This document shows, piece after piece, positions 38,640 through 48,104 of a DNA stretch of 64,000 nt. The position numbers and the translations under genes are program-made. Every line of letters starts with the position of its first letter. The stretch's first letter is position 1. The notes beneath the pieces are model-generated. The model was not told where the DNA came from. It saw only the letters and a program-made list of their open reading frames with translations, and did not search any database. Source of the stretch: Candidatus Omnitrophota bacterium (GTDB lineage: Bacteria; Omnitrophota; Gorgyraeia; JABMRN01; RBG-13-46-9); NCBI GenBank assembly GCA_013203315.1, contig JABMQJ010000007.1, positions 3,270 through 67,269 on the forward strand, read 5' to 3'.

Positions 38640-40106
38640 TTATTTTCCTCTTGCGTAAAACTTTGTTTTATATCGATTAATTTTAATGTTCTTCTGAAAA
38701 TTAAACCCGGCCTTTTTGAAAGCTCTTATGGAAGGTATATTTTTTTCTCTTATATATGCGTTTATGCTGTTTATGTCCGGCCTCTCGGCAAAAAAAGTAT
38801 TTACGGCTATATTCAAAATATATGAAGAAAGATTCAAGCCGCGTGCGCTCTTTACCAGGCTAAAACTGATTGCGGCTTCATTTTTTGGTTTGTCAATATC
38901 AAATCTTATTTGACCATAAAATTGGTTTGAAACGGAAATTATAAAAAGTACGCAATCTTTATCTTTCATTCTTTTCTTCATCCATCCAAGATGATGGTCC
39001 CAGCTTATTATTTTAGGATCAAAGGAACCTTCCCTGACCCTTCTTTCGTTAAATAAGTTAAGTATATCTCGCGCATCTTGAATGCGGGCTTTCCGTAACG
39101 AAAGATTGTTTTCAAACCACTGCGATAAAATTGCCTTTACAGCCGTTTGGCTGCCGCTGCCGCCTATAAGAAGTTTGGCTATTTTCGATCTTTGTTTTCT
39201 TACTTTTACGCTTTTAAATCTTTCTATCGATCTTTTAACTCTTTTTTTAAGATTTCCATCATTGAACCGGCCTGCGTATTCCAGAAAACCGGCCTTTTCC
39301 CAACCCTTGGCGTTCTTAAGTTGATTTTTCGCGACACATACGCCTATTGTCGGAATACCAACACGCGCGAGCTCATAAAGAGTTTGCCCCGCAGCGGAAA
39401 TCGCTATGTCTGATCTTATCATTATTCTTTTCATCTTTTCTGAACTCGGATTATGGATAAATTTTGTTTTCGAATCTTTCAAACTATCTATTTTTTCTAT
39501 GCTCCGAAACCCTCCGCCTATGACCACAAGTTTCCTGAATTGTGGGTACTCATTTTTTAACAAATTAAGTATAAGCGGGGTCATTTGTCTTTTATCGTCT
39601 CCTCCAAAAGTAACCAATACGCGGTTTACAGCTTTCTTTATTTTTATATTCGGCATATTCCAAAATTCTCTTCGTATGAGGGTGTAGTTTGTTCCGAGAA
39701 GATATGAAATCTCTCTATCTTTGGCATAATTAAGCGTCGTAGCGTACACAGATCCATTAAGAACAACCCCCTTGTCATACTTTAGTCTATTATTGTCATC
39801 GACATAAACAGCAAGGTCAACATTGTTAGAAATTTCCTTATAGAATCTCTCATCACACATGTAGGAATCTACAATACAAATTGCAGATCCCCGAACGGTC
39901 TCAAGAAGCCTCTTTTTCTCTTTTAACCAATCAAAAATAAAGTATTTTCTTTTCCCGAGAATATTGCATACGCTTTTATCGCCGTTTATTATAAATACAG
40001 GGCTGATGCTGCGTTCCTCAAAGGCCTGAGAAAGAGAAACACACCTTGCTAAATGACCGAAGCCCACATTCTTACCACCCTCTGTTATTATGAAAACTTT
40101 TCTCAT
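38640..40106 (-). CDS. Fusion protein: PseG-like UDP-sugar hydrolase (N-terminal) plus GNAT N-acetyltransferase PseH-like (C-terminal)
   Basis: N-terminus KVFIITEGGKNVGFGHLARCVSL matches the PseG GFGH signature and MurG-like fold order. The C-terminal ~160 aa have GNAT-like motifs. Confidence 0.65.
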   Translation of the reverse strand: MRKVFIITEGGKNVGFGHLARCVSLSQAFEERSISPVFIINGDKSVCNILGKRKYFIFDWLKEKKRLLETVRGSAICIVDSYMCDERFYKEISNNVDLAVYVDDNNRLKYDKGVVLNGSVYATTLNYAKDREISYLLGTNYTLIRREFWNMPNIKIKKAVNRVLVTFGGDDKRQMTPLILNLLKNEYPQFRKLVVIGGGFRSIEKIDSLKDSKTKFIHNPSSEKMKRIMIRSDIAISAAGQTLYELARVGIPTIGVCVAKNQLKNAKGWEKAGFLEYAGRFNDGNLKKRVKRSIERFKSVKVRKQRSKIAKLLIGGSGSQTAVKAILSQWFENNLSLRKARIQDARDILNLFNERRVREGSFDPKIISWDHHLGWMKKRMKDKDCVLFIISVSNQFYGQIRFDIDKPKNEAAISFSLVKSARGLNLSSYILNIAVNTFFAERPDINSINAYIREKNIPSIRAFKKAGFNFQKNIKINRYKTKFYARGK

Positions 40107-40843
40107 ATTTTCTTTTGAATCACTTTATTGTTTAGCGATTTAAGCCACGGATTTTCGCGTAATGTCTTGACCACATCAAAAGCTGTAAATTTAGCCTTCT
40201 TTTTAAAAAGAAGGCTAAATATCGCATTGATGAATGAGTAATCCTCTTTGGTATCAAGCACAAGCCTTATATCCGGGCCGTAAAGCTCCCGCGGTGCTTT
40301 AACTTGAGTAATCTTAAAAGCCTTTGGCCTTTTGTAAATATAAGGAGTTACATGCTCTTTTTCACTTGGTTTCTTGGCATTTTTATACGCCTTTTCAAGG
40401 ACGCTAAAGTTAAAAACTTCGGTATCAAATCCGCGGGGATAGCTTCTCGTGAGTGTGTTTGAAGTATAATCGGACTTTGACTTTATGTGCCTGGTGATTA
40501 TTGAATCTACTATCTCCGGATCTATGCATGGGCAATCGCTACAAATTCTCACTATCACATCCAGTTCGTTTTCCTTTGCGCAAAAATAATACCGGGACAA
40601 AACATTCTCTTCGCTCCCCCTAAAAAGGGTAACCTTTTCTTTTTTTGCGACATTAGCGATTTCATCACTATCCTTTTTATTGACTGTCGCGACTATAATT
40701 TCGTCTAATCGCTTTGATTTTTTCAGTCTTCTTGTGACATGTTCGAGCACTGTAATGCCGCTTCCGGCAGGGACCTCTTTCAAGACCTTACCCGGAAGTC
40801 TGGTCGAAGAAAATCTCGCCTGTACTATAGCGCCTACCTTCAC
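40103..40843 (-). CDS. Acylneuraminate cytidylyltransferase-family enzyme (PseF/SpsF-like CMP-sugar synthetase)
   Basis: N-terminal AIVQARFSSTRLPGK nucleotidyltransferase motif. 246 aa. Confidence 0.6.
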   Translation of the reverse strand: MKVGAIVQARFSSTRLPGKVLKEVPAGSGITVLEHVTRRLKKSKRLDEIIVATVNKKDSDEIANVAKKEKVTLFRGSEENVLSRYYFCAKENELDVIVRICSDCPCIDPEIVDSIITRHIKSKSDYTSNTLTRSYPRGFDTEVFNFSVLEKAYKNAKKPSEKEHVTPYIYKRPKAFKITQVKAPRELYGPDIRLVLDTKEDYSFINAIFSLLFKKKAKFTAFDVVKTLRENPWLKSLNNKVIQKKI

Positions 40844-40902
40844 CTTGGCGTTCTCCTTTAAAGCCTAACGTTTATAAGGCATTTCTTTGTCAATTACATG
40901 AA

Positions 40903-42108
40903 TTAACGACGGCTACTCTTTTCATACGCTGCCTTAACAACGTTGTCATCGTTTATTCTTGTGAGGTTACCGGACTTATCCTTTAGGAGGCTTCCTCTTG
41001 AATCGCAAACAAAAAGTTTTTTGTTCGTAAAACGGTCGCAAATCTTTGTAAATTCCTCTATAGTCATGTCCATCTCTCCCAGTATCTCCTCAAGGGAATA
41101 CCCCAGATAGGTCCAGGGGAATTTACCGTCAAGCCTTTTTACCGCATCAAGCCCTTCTTCCCTCGTAAGACGCCCCCGACGTATGTTCAAAGATGCGTAG
41201 TCCGTTACTCGTCCAAAACCAAATTTCAAAAATTTGAAATAGTCGTGTATGCGCATCTGGCAATTATCGAGATTCTCGTAGTTTACGAGGTTGCCTTCTA
41301 CATTTTTGGGATATGTCTCAAGGCCGTGCGCCTGTGCTACCAGCGCGTTGCTATAGCTGTCCCATGGCGTATAATGACCCAAGAAAAGCCCTGTAACGCC
41401 CACGCGCTTTAGTTCTTCATCTTTGGGATAGGTAAACTGGATGAGATGCTTTGCTTCAATTCCATCTTTCCCTATTAAATCGGACACTTTCAAGCCCAAT
41501 AAGCCGCCGAATTTCTCAAGCCACGGCCGGTCCAAAACGTTATTTTCGGCTGCCGCTGCCGGGCCGCCATACTCGTTTTGGGAGTTCTCTCCCCATATGA
41601 TCAATGGGACATTGAACTGCACTGCTATCCTAACGGGAATCGTAAATATGGTCAAATGTTCCGGCCACGAAATATCGCCTACTTCGGACATGGCGAAGCG
41701 GTTGATCTTTCTCCTGACCACACGATTTGTGGTAACTTCGATATAGTCGACGCCTAGTTTTTTTAAATTCTCGATATTGCGCCGCCCTATGTCAGATAGC
41801 TTACAGGTTGTAGCCGTAACACATAAAGGATTCATTCCTAATTCCAACATTTTTAGGGTCTGAAAGTGGCTATCCTTACCTCCGCTAACCGGAATAATGC
41901 AATCATAGTTACTGTTATTTTTTGAGCGGTAGCGATCGAGTATTTTTACCAACTCCTCTTTCCGCTTGTTCCAGTCTATGCTTTTTCTCTCTGTGAATGA
42001 GCGGCATGCGTTACAAACCCCTTCTTCATCAATATAAAGATCCGGTCTCGTTTCAGGCATAACACAGCGTTTGCAATATTTTATGCTTTTCTCCGTCATA
42101 CAGTACAA
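40903..42108 (-). CDS. N-acetyl sugar amidotransferase (PseA/WbpG family, PP-loop ATP pyrophosphatase)
   Basis: N-terminal Cys4 (CKRCV..CNAC), then PP-loop IIPVSGGKDSHFQ. Confidence 0.7.
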   Translation of the reverse strand: MYCMTEKSIKYCKRCVMPETRPDLYIDEEGVCNACRSFTERKSIDWNKRKEELVKILDRYRSKNNSNYDCIIPVSGGKDSHFQTLKMLELGMNPLCVTATTCKLSDIGRRNIENLKKLGVDYIEVTTNRVVRRKINRFAMSEVGDISWPEHLTIFTIPVRIAVQFNVPLIIWGENSQNEYGGPAAAAENNVLDRPWLEKFGGLLGLKVSDLIGKDGIEAKHLIQFTYPKDEELKRVGVTGLFLGHYTPWDSYSNALVAQAHGLETYPKNVEGNLVNYENLDNCQMRIHDYFKFLKFGFGRVTDYASLNIRRGRLTREEGLDAVKRLDGKFPWTYLGYSLEEILGEMDMTIEEFTKICDRFTNKKLFVCDSRGSLLKDKSGNLTRINDDNVVKAAYEKSSRR

Positions 42109-43118
42109 CTCTCCTTTTCCGTTCGTGTTTCTTTTTTGTTAATTTGTAAACTTTTTTTAATTAATGCTTCCATCTCTTTTCCTGTTAACCATTCGGGATT
42201 ATTGTTGCTCGCGTATCGAAAACCGTCCTTTAGCTTCTTGCCGCCCTTAAAGTTATCATCTGACCACCAGTGAAATTCCGGTTCAATTACAAAGAAATCG
42301 CTAAATTCTTTCGCGTGTCTTGCCTCATCTTCGGTAACCAGAACCTCGTCTATTTTTTCGCCGGGCCTTATGCCTATCTCTTTAATCCTGCAACCCTTAA
42401 CCATTAATTTCGCCAAATCTACGACCTTCATGCTAGGAATTTTAGGCACAAATATCTCTCCTCCCTGCATGAGATCTACGGACTTTACTACAAATTCAAC
42501 GCCTTTTTCCAGAGTGATCCAGAATCTTGTCATGCGCTTGTCAGTAACCGTAACGGTGCCTTTTTTTTCCTGCTCTTTAAACTTATGCACGACGCTCCCA
42601 CGGCTTCCTATTACGTTCCCATATCGGGCGCAACTAAATCTTGTACCGCTTTTGCCGGAATAGGAATTGCCCTGGATGAATATTTTCTCCGCGCACAATT
42701 TCGTCGCCCCGTACAGATTAATTGGGTTTACGGCTTTGTCGGTACTGATCGCCATTACCTTTTTGACGCCGGCATTTATTGCAGTATCTATTATGTTTTG
42801 CGCGCCTAAAATATTTGTCTTTACGGCTTCGAAGGGATTGTACTCACAGGCTGGAACCTGCTTTAGCGCGGCGGCATGAACTACCAGGTCCACACCCTGC
42901 ATGGCCCTTTCGAGCCTCTCTTTATCGCGAACATCGCCTATAAAAAATCTTACGGGCCCTTTATTCCCGTAACGGTGTTCCATTTCGGACTGCTTGAGCT
43001 CATCCCGGCTATACACCCTTATAACCTTAGGCTTATACTTTTTTAACATGATCTCGATAAATTTCTTTCCGAATGAACCGGTTCCGCCCGTAACAAGAAT
43101 TGTCTCGTTATTTAACAT
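42096..43118 (-). CDS. pseB: UDP-N-acetylglucosamine 4,6-dehydratase (inverting), PseB/FlaA1-like
   Basis: ILVTGGTGSFGKKFIE N-terminus, short-chain dehydratase with YGATKLCAEK catalytic motif. About 340 aa, as for PseB. Confidence 0.8.
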   Translation of the reverse strand: MLNNETILVTGGTGSFGKKFIEIMLKKYKPKVIRVYSRDELKQSEMEHRYGNKGPVRFFIGDVRDKERLERAMQGVDLVVHAAALKQVPACEYNPFEAVKTNILGAQNIIDTAINAGVKKVMAISTDKAVNPINLYGATKLCAEKIFIQGNSYSGKSGTRFSCARYGNVIGSRGSVVHKFKEQEKKGTVTVTDKRMTRFWITLEKGVEFVVKSVDLMQGGEIFVPKIPSMKVVDLAKLMVKGCRIKEIGIRPGEKIDEVLVTEDEARHAKEFSDFFVIEPEFHWWSDDNFKGGKKLKDGFRYASNNNPEWLTGKEMEALIKKSLQINKKETRTEKESCTV

Positions 43119-43127
43119 TGTATCCTC

Positions 43128-43487
43128 CTAGACTATGTTCTCTGTCTTTTTGTTTTCTTGTGTTTTCGCCGTGTACTTCTCATACTCTTCTTTTAATCTT
43201 CTATACTCTTTTTCCTTTGCTTTCAAAAAATAGAATGTGAGCGTCATCTTCTCCTCAATACCTTTTTGAGTAAGAATATACTTTAGTTTTTTGCTTTTTT
43301 CGGGATTCTTGGAAAACGCACCCATCATGATCATGCCCTTTTTGACAAGCTCTTTTAAAAGATAATTGGTTTTTCCCAGGGAAATGTTGAGCTTCTGGGA
43401 AAGGAGGCGCTGGTTTAAGGATGGATCATCCTCCAGTTCCCTTATAAGGCGGAGTGTCTCTTCTTTAGAAAAGCTATGTTCATTCAT
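43128..43487 (-). CDS. Small winged-helix regulator (MarR-like, EPS-locus-associated type)
   Basis: 119 aa. LNQRLLSQKLNISLGKTNYLLKELVKKGMI helix-turn-helix-like segment. Lysine/glutamate-rich C-terminal tail. Confidence 0.45.
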   Translation of the reverse strand: MNEHSFSKEETLRLIRELEDDPSLNQRLLSQKLNISLGKTNYLLKELVKKGMIMMGAFSKNPEKSKKLKYILTQKGIEEKMTLTFYFLKAKEKEYRRLKEEYEKYTAKTQENKKTENIV

Positions 43488-43495
43488 TGAACATC

Positions 43496-43524
43496 ATTGT
43501 ATACTCTGACGTGTTCTAAGTCAA
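43496..43524 (-). promoter_or_regulatory. Sigma70-like promoter (TTGACT-17 nt-TACAAT) placing the predicted transcription start 1-2 nt upstream of the regulator ATG (leaderless mRNA)
   Basis: Minus-strand reading: TTGACT (43524..43519), 17-nt spacer, TACAAT (43501..43496). ATG at 43487. No Shine-Dalgarno. Located in the only sizeable (132 bp) gap of the long array. Confidence 0.35.
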
Positions 43525-43619
43525 CAGAAAAGTAGTATCAGCGGGGTGAGGGGCAGTAATCAGATAGCGTCTCTTTTCCGTAATCGCTTAACTTGCCGTT
43601 CATACATTTTTATCTTCGG

Positions 43620-44714
43620 CTAAACTTTTTTAATCGTGGCTACGATATAATCTTTTTCTTCTTTTGTCAATTCGGGGTAAACGGGAATTGCGAAACTTTC
43701 TTTGGATAGTTTCTCCGATTCCGGAAAATCACCCGGTTTGTGTCCCAAGGATTTGAAGCATTCCTGCAAGTGTAACGGCAGAGGATAATACGTTCGCGAT
43801 TCTATTCCGCTATCAAGGAGATGCTTAACGATTTTTCCCGCATCTTTGCTTCTTAGAACGTACTGATGATAGGAATGTCGATAGCCCTCGGGAACGTGGG
43901 GCGTTGTAATAGAACATCCTGCAAGATTCTTGTTAAAGAATGCGGCATTCTCGATCCTTTGATCTATCCATTTATCCAAATAAGTAAGTTTTATGTTCAG
44001 AACGGCTGCCTGAAGATTGTCGAGACGGCTATTGTATCCTACAATTTTGTGATAATAACTTTTTTCCGAGCCGTGGTTTCTAAGTAGCTTGACTTTCTTG
44101 TACAGAGCCTCCTCGTTGGTTACCACCATACCGCCGTCACCGAAGCAACCCAGGTTTTTGCCCGGATAGAAGCTTATAGCTCCTGCTACTCCTAAACTAC
44201 CGGCCTTTTTCCCTTTATACGTAGAGCCTATTGCCTGCGCGCAGTCTTCGAGCACCGGGAGCTTGTGTTTCTTCGCAATGCTTGAAATAGGGTCCATGTC
44301 CGCGCATAAACCATACAAGTGGACCGGCACTATGGCCTTGGTCTTCTCGGTTATCTTTGCTTCTACGAGGCCCGGATCTATATTGTAAGTTTTAGGGTCT
44401 ATATCGACAAAAACCGGTTTCCCTCCCACCAGGGAAATAGCTTCCACTGTAGCTACAAACGTAAAAGGCGTAGTAATTACTTCGTCACCCTTGCAAATGC
44501 CCATAGCATTTAAAGCCAATATCAGTGCGTCTGTGCCGGAATTTACACCTATCGCATATTGTGTGTTACAATATTCGGAAATATTTTTTTCGATCAGGGA
44601 AACCTCTTCCCCTAACACAAATGACTGATTGTCGCATATCTTTGATATACGTGCTTCTATTTCTTTTTTTAGCCCCTTGTACTGTTTCTTTAAGTCAAGT
44701 ATAGGTATTTTCAT
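43620..44714 (-). CDS. pseC: DegT-family aminotransferase, PseC-like (UDP-4-keto-6-deoxy-hexosamine 4-aminotransferase)
   Basis: Fold-type I PLP enzyme immediately upstream of pseB in the Pse block. Confidence 0.7.
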   Translation of the reverse strand: MKIPILDLKKQYKGLKKEIEARISKICDNQSFVLGEEVSLIEKNISEYCNTQYAIGVNSGTDALILALNAMGICKGDEVITTPFTFVATVEAISLVGGKPVFVDIDPKTYNIDPGLVEAKITEKTKAIVPVHLYGLCADMDPISSIAKKHKLPVLEDCAQAIGSTYKGKKAGSLGVAGAISFYPGKNLGCFGDGGMVVTNEEALYKKVKLLRNHGSEKSYYHKIVGYNSRLDNLQAAVLNIKLTYLDKWIDQRIENAAFFNKNLAGCSITTPHVPEGYRHSYHQYVLRSKDAGKIVKHLLDSGIESRTYYPLPLHLQECFKSLGHKPGDFPESEKLSKESFAIPVYPELTKEEKDYIVATIKKV

Positions 44715-45643
44715 AGTTCTCCAATATGTTCAATGGTTTTTGTTAATCCTTTTTTCAAGTCTATCTTTGGCTTCCATTTAAGTTTAGATTTAGCGAGCGT
44801 TATATTCGGCCTTCTTACTTTAGGGTCGTCTATAGGCAGTGGTTTATGAATAATTTTGCTTTTACTTTTTGTGAGTTTGATTATAAGGCGTGCCAACTGC
44901 ATGATAGAGAATTCGCGGGGATTTCCTATGTTAACTGGATAATTTATATTTGATTTCAGCAATTTGTAAATTCCTTCTATCAAATCGCTTACATAACAAA
45001 AGCTCCTGGTTTGAGTGCCGTTTCCGTATACGGTTATGGGACTACCCTTAAGGGCTTGATCCAGGAAATTCGGTATTGCCCTGCCGTCACGCTTTCGCAT
45101 CCTTTCACCGTAAGTGTTAAAAATACGGATTATTCTCGTATCTACATTGTGAGCGTTATGATATGCCATTGTTATCGCTTCGGCGAATCTTTTCGCTTCG
45201 TCATAGACACCGCGCGGGCCAACAGGATTAACGTTGCCCCAATACGACTCTTTCTGCGGGTGAACAAGAGGGTCTCCATAGATTTCACTCGTAGAGGCAA
45301 GCATGAATTTGGCCTTTTTTGCTTTGGCTACTCCCAGGGCATTATGTGTACCGAGAGAACCCACTTTTAAAGTTTTTATGGGATACTTCAGATAGTCAAT
45401 GGGGCTCGCCGGAGAAGCGAAATGTAAAACATAATTTATGCCGCCTTTTATCTCGATGCGCTTCGATACATCGTGCTTTACGAATCTAAAATTCTTGTGT
45501 TTCAGGAGGTGTTCAATGTTGCCCTTGGAACCGGTTATCAAATTATCCATGCAGATAACAGAGTAGCCTTCTTTTATAAAAAAATCACATAAATGCGAAC
45601 CGATGAAACCCGCTCCGCCGGTTATTAATATTCTTTTTTTCAT
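44711..45643 (-). CDS. uxs: UDP-glucuronate decarboxylase (UDP-xylose synthase)
   Basis: [47 protein letters not shown] collinear with UXS enzymes. YDEAKR catalytic motif. Confidence 0.8.
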   Translation of the reverse strand: MKKRILITGGAGFIGSHLCDFFIKEGYSVICMDNLITGSKGNIEHLLKHKNFRFVKHDVSKRIEIKGGINYVLHFASPASPIDYLKYPIKTLKVGSLGTHNALGVAKAKKAKFMLASTSEIYGDPLVHPQKESYWGNVNPVGPRGVYDEAKRFAEAITMAYHNAHNVDTRIIRIFNTYGERMRKRDGRAIPNFLDQALKGSPITVYGNGTQTRSFCYVSDLIEGIYKLLKSNINYPVNIGNPREFSIMQLARLIIKLTKSKSKIIHKPLPIDDPKVRRPNITLAKSKLKWKPKIDLKKGLTKTIEHIGEL

Positions 45644-45645
45644 TT

Positions 45646-46557
45646 TTATTGATCCCCCTTTAACATTGTTCTTAATCCATGTTCAAAACCAATGGGCTTG
45701 AAACTCAATTCACCCTGGGCAGAGCCGATGTCCGCCAGTTTATCCTGGTCTATGCTTAAAATTTGCTGACTATGAGTTCGCAGAAAACGGTTAATTTTCC
45801 CTAAAACCAGGCACAGCCTTTTAACCGGGGCTATGGGTAAATGAACTATCATCCTTTTTTTACCCAATACCCTTAGGATAGTCTGTACAATCTCGTTCAT
45901 GGTCAATGCAGAAGGTCCGGCTATGTCATAAATCTTTCCGGTAGTTCCTTCAAGCTCTATACATTTTTTTATGGCATAGATTAAATCGCCTACATATACG
46001 GGTTGCCGCTTGTAATACCCGTCTCCGAATATGGGCACTAAAGGTGAATGTCCTATAAACTTTATGAGAGAAGATATGTGTTTGTCGTCGGACTGGCCGT
46101 ATACAACGGTTGACCTTAAGATCGTATAATTTAAAGAGCTTTCCTTTAGTTTTTTTTCGGCGGCCAATTTGGTACCGCCATACAAAGAATGCGGTACCAG
46201 TTCTGCATCAATTGAGCTTACATAAACAAACTTTTCTATATTCGCGCCCAACGATACATCTATCATGTTTGACATGCCGCGAACATTTACGTCTTCGAAT
46301 TCAGCCTTATTCTTAGAATTTATTACAGAGGCCAGGTGTATGCAAAAATTTGCATTGCCGATTGCATTTTCCAGTGAGTCTCTATCCTGCAGATCGCCCA
46401 GAACTGTGGTTATGTTCTTTGACTTCCACAAATCCTTATGTCTGTCACGGCGAACAAGGCATCGAACGTGAGAGCCCTCTTTTGCGAGCTTGTCTACCAA
46501 ATGCCTCCCGATAAAACCGCCGGCTCCGGTTACAAAGTAGATATTATTTTTTTTCAT
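45646..46557 (-). CDS. NAD(P)-dependent epimerase/dehydratase-family SDR (nucleotide-sugar reductase/epimerase, specificity unknown)
   Basis: [15 protein letters not shown] Rossmann motif and [10 protein letters not shown] catalytic YxxxK. Confidence 0.6.
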   Translation of the reverse strand: MKKNNIYFVTGAGGFIGRHLVDKLAKEGSHVRCLVRRDRHKDLWKSKNITTVLGDLQDRDSLENAIGNANFCIHLASVINSKNKAEFEDVNVRGMSNMIDVSLGANIEKFVYVSSIDAELVPHSLYGGTKLAAEKKLKESSLNYTILRSTVVYGQSDDKHISSLIKFIGHSPLVPIFGDGYYKRQPVYVGDLIYAIKKCIELEGTTGKIYDIAGPSALTMNEIVQTILRVLGKKRMIVHLPIAPVKRLCLVLGKINRFLRTHSQQILSIDQDKLADIGSAQGELSFKPIGFEHGLRTMLKGDQ

Positions 46558-48064
46558 GCCGCCTATGCTTATAAAGCATCTCCTGCAATACCCGGTCTAC
46601 TTTCGTTTCCTGTTTTCCGGTAAATAGGTTAACCAAAAGTCTTACGAACCTCCAGGGTCTAATAGCAAAGGAAATAGCATAAAACATAATCAATCCGCGT
46701 ATCTTAAAGCCTAAAAGCTCACTTTTGCTCAAGCTGGAATTCCAGGAATCTGTTTTATTCAATGACAACGAAGAAAATAGCGCAAAATAAAATTCATTGG
46801 TTAATTCAAAACGTTTTGGATCTTTTTCCTTGAGCTCATCAAATACGGAAGTACCCGGAATCGGGATAAAAGTCGAGATGGCAATCTCGTGTACCCCTAT
46901 AAGGGCCATCTTTCTTATTAGTTTAAATGTCTTTTTAATATCCTCGACGGTTTCGCCCGGGAAACCGATTAGAAAGAAAAGGCAGACGGTCATTTTGGAA
47001 CTTATGGCGGCCTTTATCGAATTTTCTAATTGACGAAGGTCAATCGTTTTACCCATTTTATCTAATACATCTTTACTGCCGCTCTCCGGCGCAAATGTGA
47101 TATCCCTGCAGCCGGATTTCACAAGCAGCTCGGTAACCTCCTTGTCGATAACAACGGTCCTAGTACCCACCGGCAGCTGCCAGCGTATTCCAAGATTACG
47201 GCGTAATATTTCGTTCGCAAAACGCACTATCCAGTCCTTGCGTATAATGGCTGTCAGATCCATAAGGTGAAAATCATTGGTTTTATATTTATTCATATAA
47301 AATTCGATTTCGTCGACAACTTTTTCAACGCTCCTCGGCACCCAGACGGAACCCCACATGTTCCGGGCCGTGCAAAAACGGCATCTATAGGGGCATCCGC
47401 GGGTTGCGATTATGGGCATCGTGCGCCCTTTGCTCGCACCCATAAAAAGTCCTCTTTCGATATACTTTTCCACATCTATCAAATCCCACGCAGGGGGCGG
47501 GATAGAATCTAAATTTCTTATGCGCGGACGCGGCTTATTTGCAATAGGTTTTTGCCCGTCCATATAAGCAATGCCGCTTATGTCATTTAAACGATCGCCT
47601 TTCTTTATTGAATCGGTTAATTCCTCAAATGTAATTTCGCCCTCGCCCAAAACACAGAAATCCACGGGGGAACTCGACAAAACTGCTTCCCACATACCGG
47701 TAGCATGTTCGCCTCCCATGACAAGGGGTATGTCCGGAAAACGCTTCTTTATTGCTTTTACCAATTCGCGCACATACGGCCAAACGGGTGTAAACATGCA
47801 GGTAATACCGATTACGTCCGATTCCGCCGGAATATTATTGACTATTTCATCTGTAGCTAATCCCTGCACGACGATATCTCTGTTAAGCGAGTGACCTGAC
47901 CGTTTGTCCATGGCCTGCCCCACAGCATCTATAACGTGCACATTATGGCCCTTCTCGCGCATATATGAAGCTATGTAACATAGTCCCAGCGGTGGATGGA
48001 AAATAGATGAGTAATTTAATTTTAACTCGAAATGCGGGGGATTAATCAACGTTATGTTATTCAT
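46544..48064 (-). CDS. B12-binding domain radical SAM enzyme
   Basis: PPLGLCYIASYMREKGHNVHVIDA N-terminus and ATRGCPYRCRFC motif. 506 aa. Confidence 0.75.
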   Translation of the reverse strand: MNNITLINPPHFELKLNYSSIFHPPLGLCYIASYMREKGHNVHVIDAVGQAMDKRSGHSLNRDIVVQGLATDEIVNNIPAESDVIGITCMFTPVWPYVRELVKAIKKRFPDIPLVMGGEHATGMWEAVLSSSPVDFCVLGEGEITFEELTDSIKKGDRLNDISGIAYMDGQKPIANKPRPRIRNLDSIPPPAWDLIDVEKYIERGLFMGASKGRTMPIIATRGCPYRCRFCTARNMWGSVWVPRSVEKVVDEIEFYMNKYKTNDFHLMDLTAIIRKDWIVRFANEILRRNLGIRWQLPVGTRTVVIDKEVTELLVKSGCRDITFAPESGSKDVLDKMGKTIDLRQLENSIKAAISSKMTVCLFFLIGFPGETVEDIKKTFKLIRKMALIGVHEIAISTFIPIPGTSVFDELKEKDPKRFELTNEFYFALFSSLSLNKTDSWNSSLSKSELLGFKIRGLIMFYAISFAIRPWRFVRLLVNLFTGKQETKVDRVLQEMLYKHRRHEKK

Positions 48065-48104
48065 CGTCTCTTTCTTTGATAAAAAAATACAAGCCGCGCT
48101 TCTT

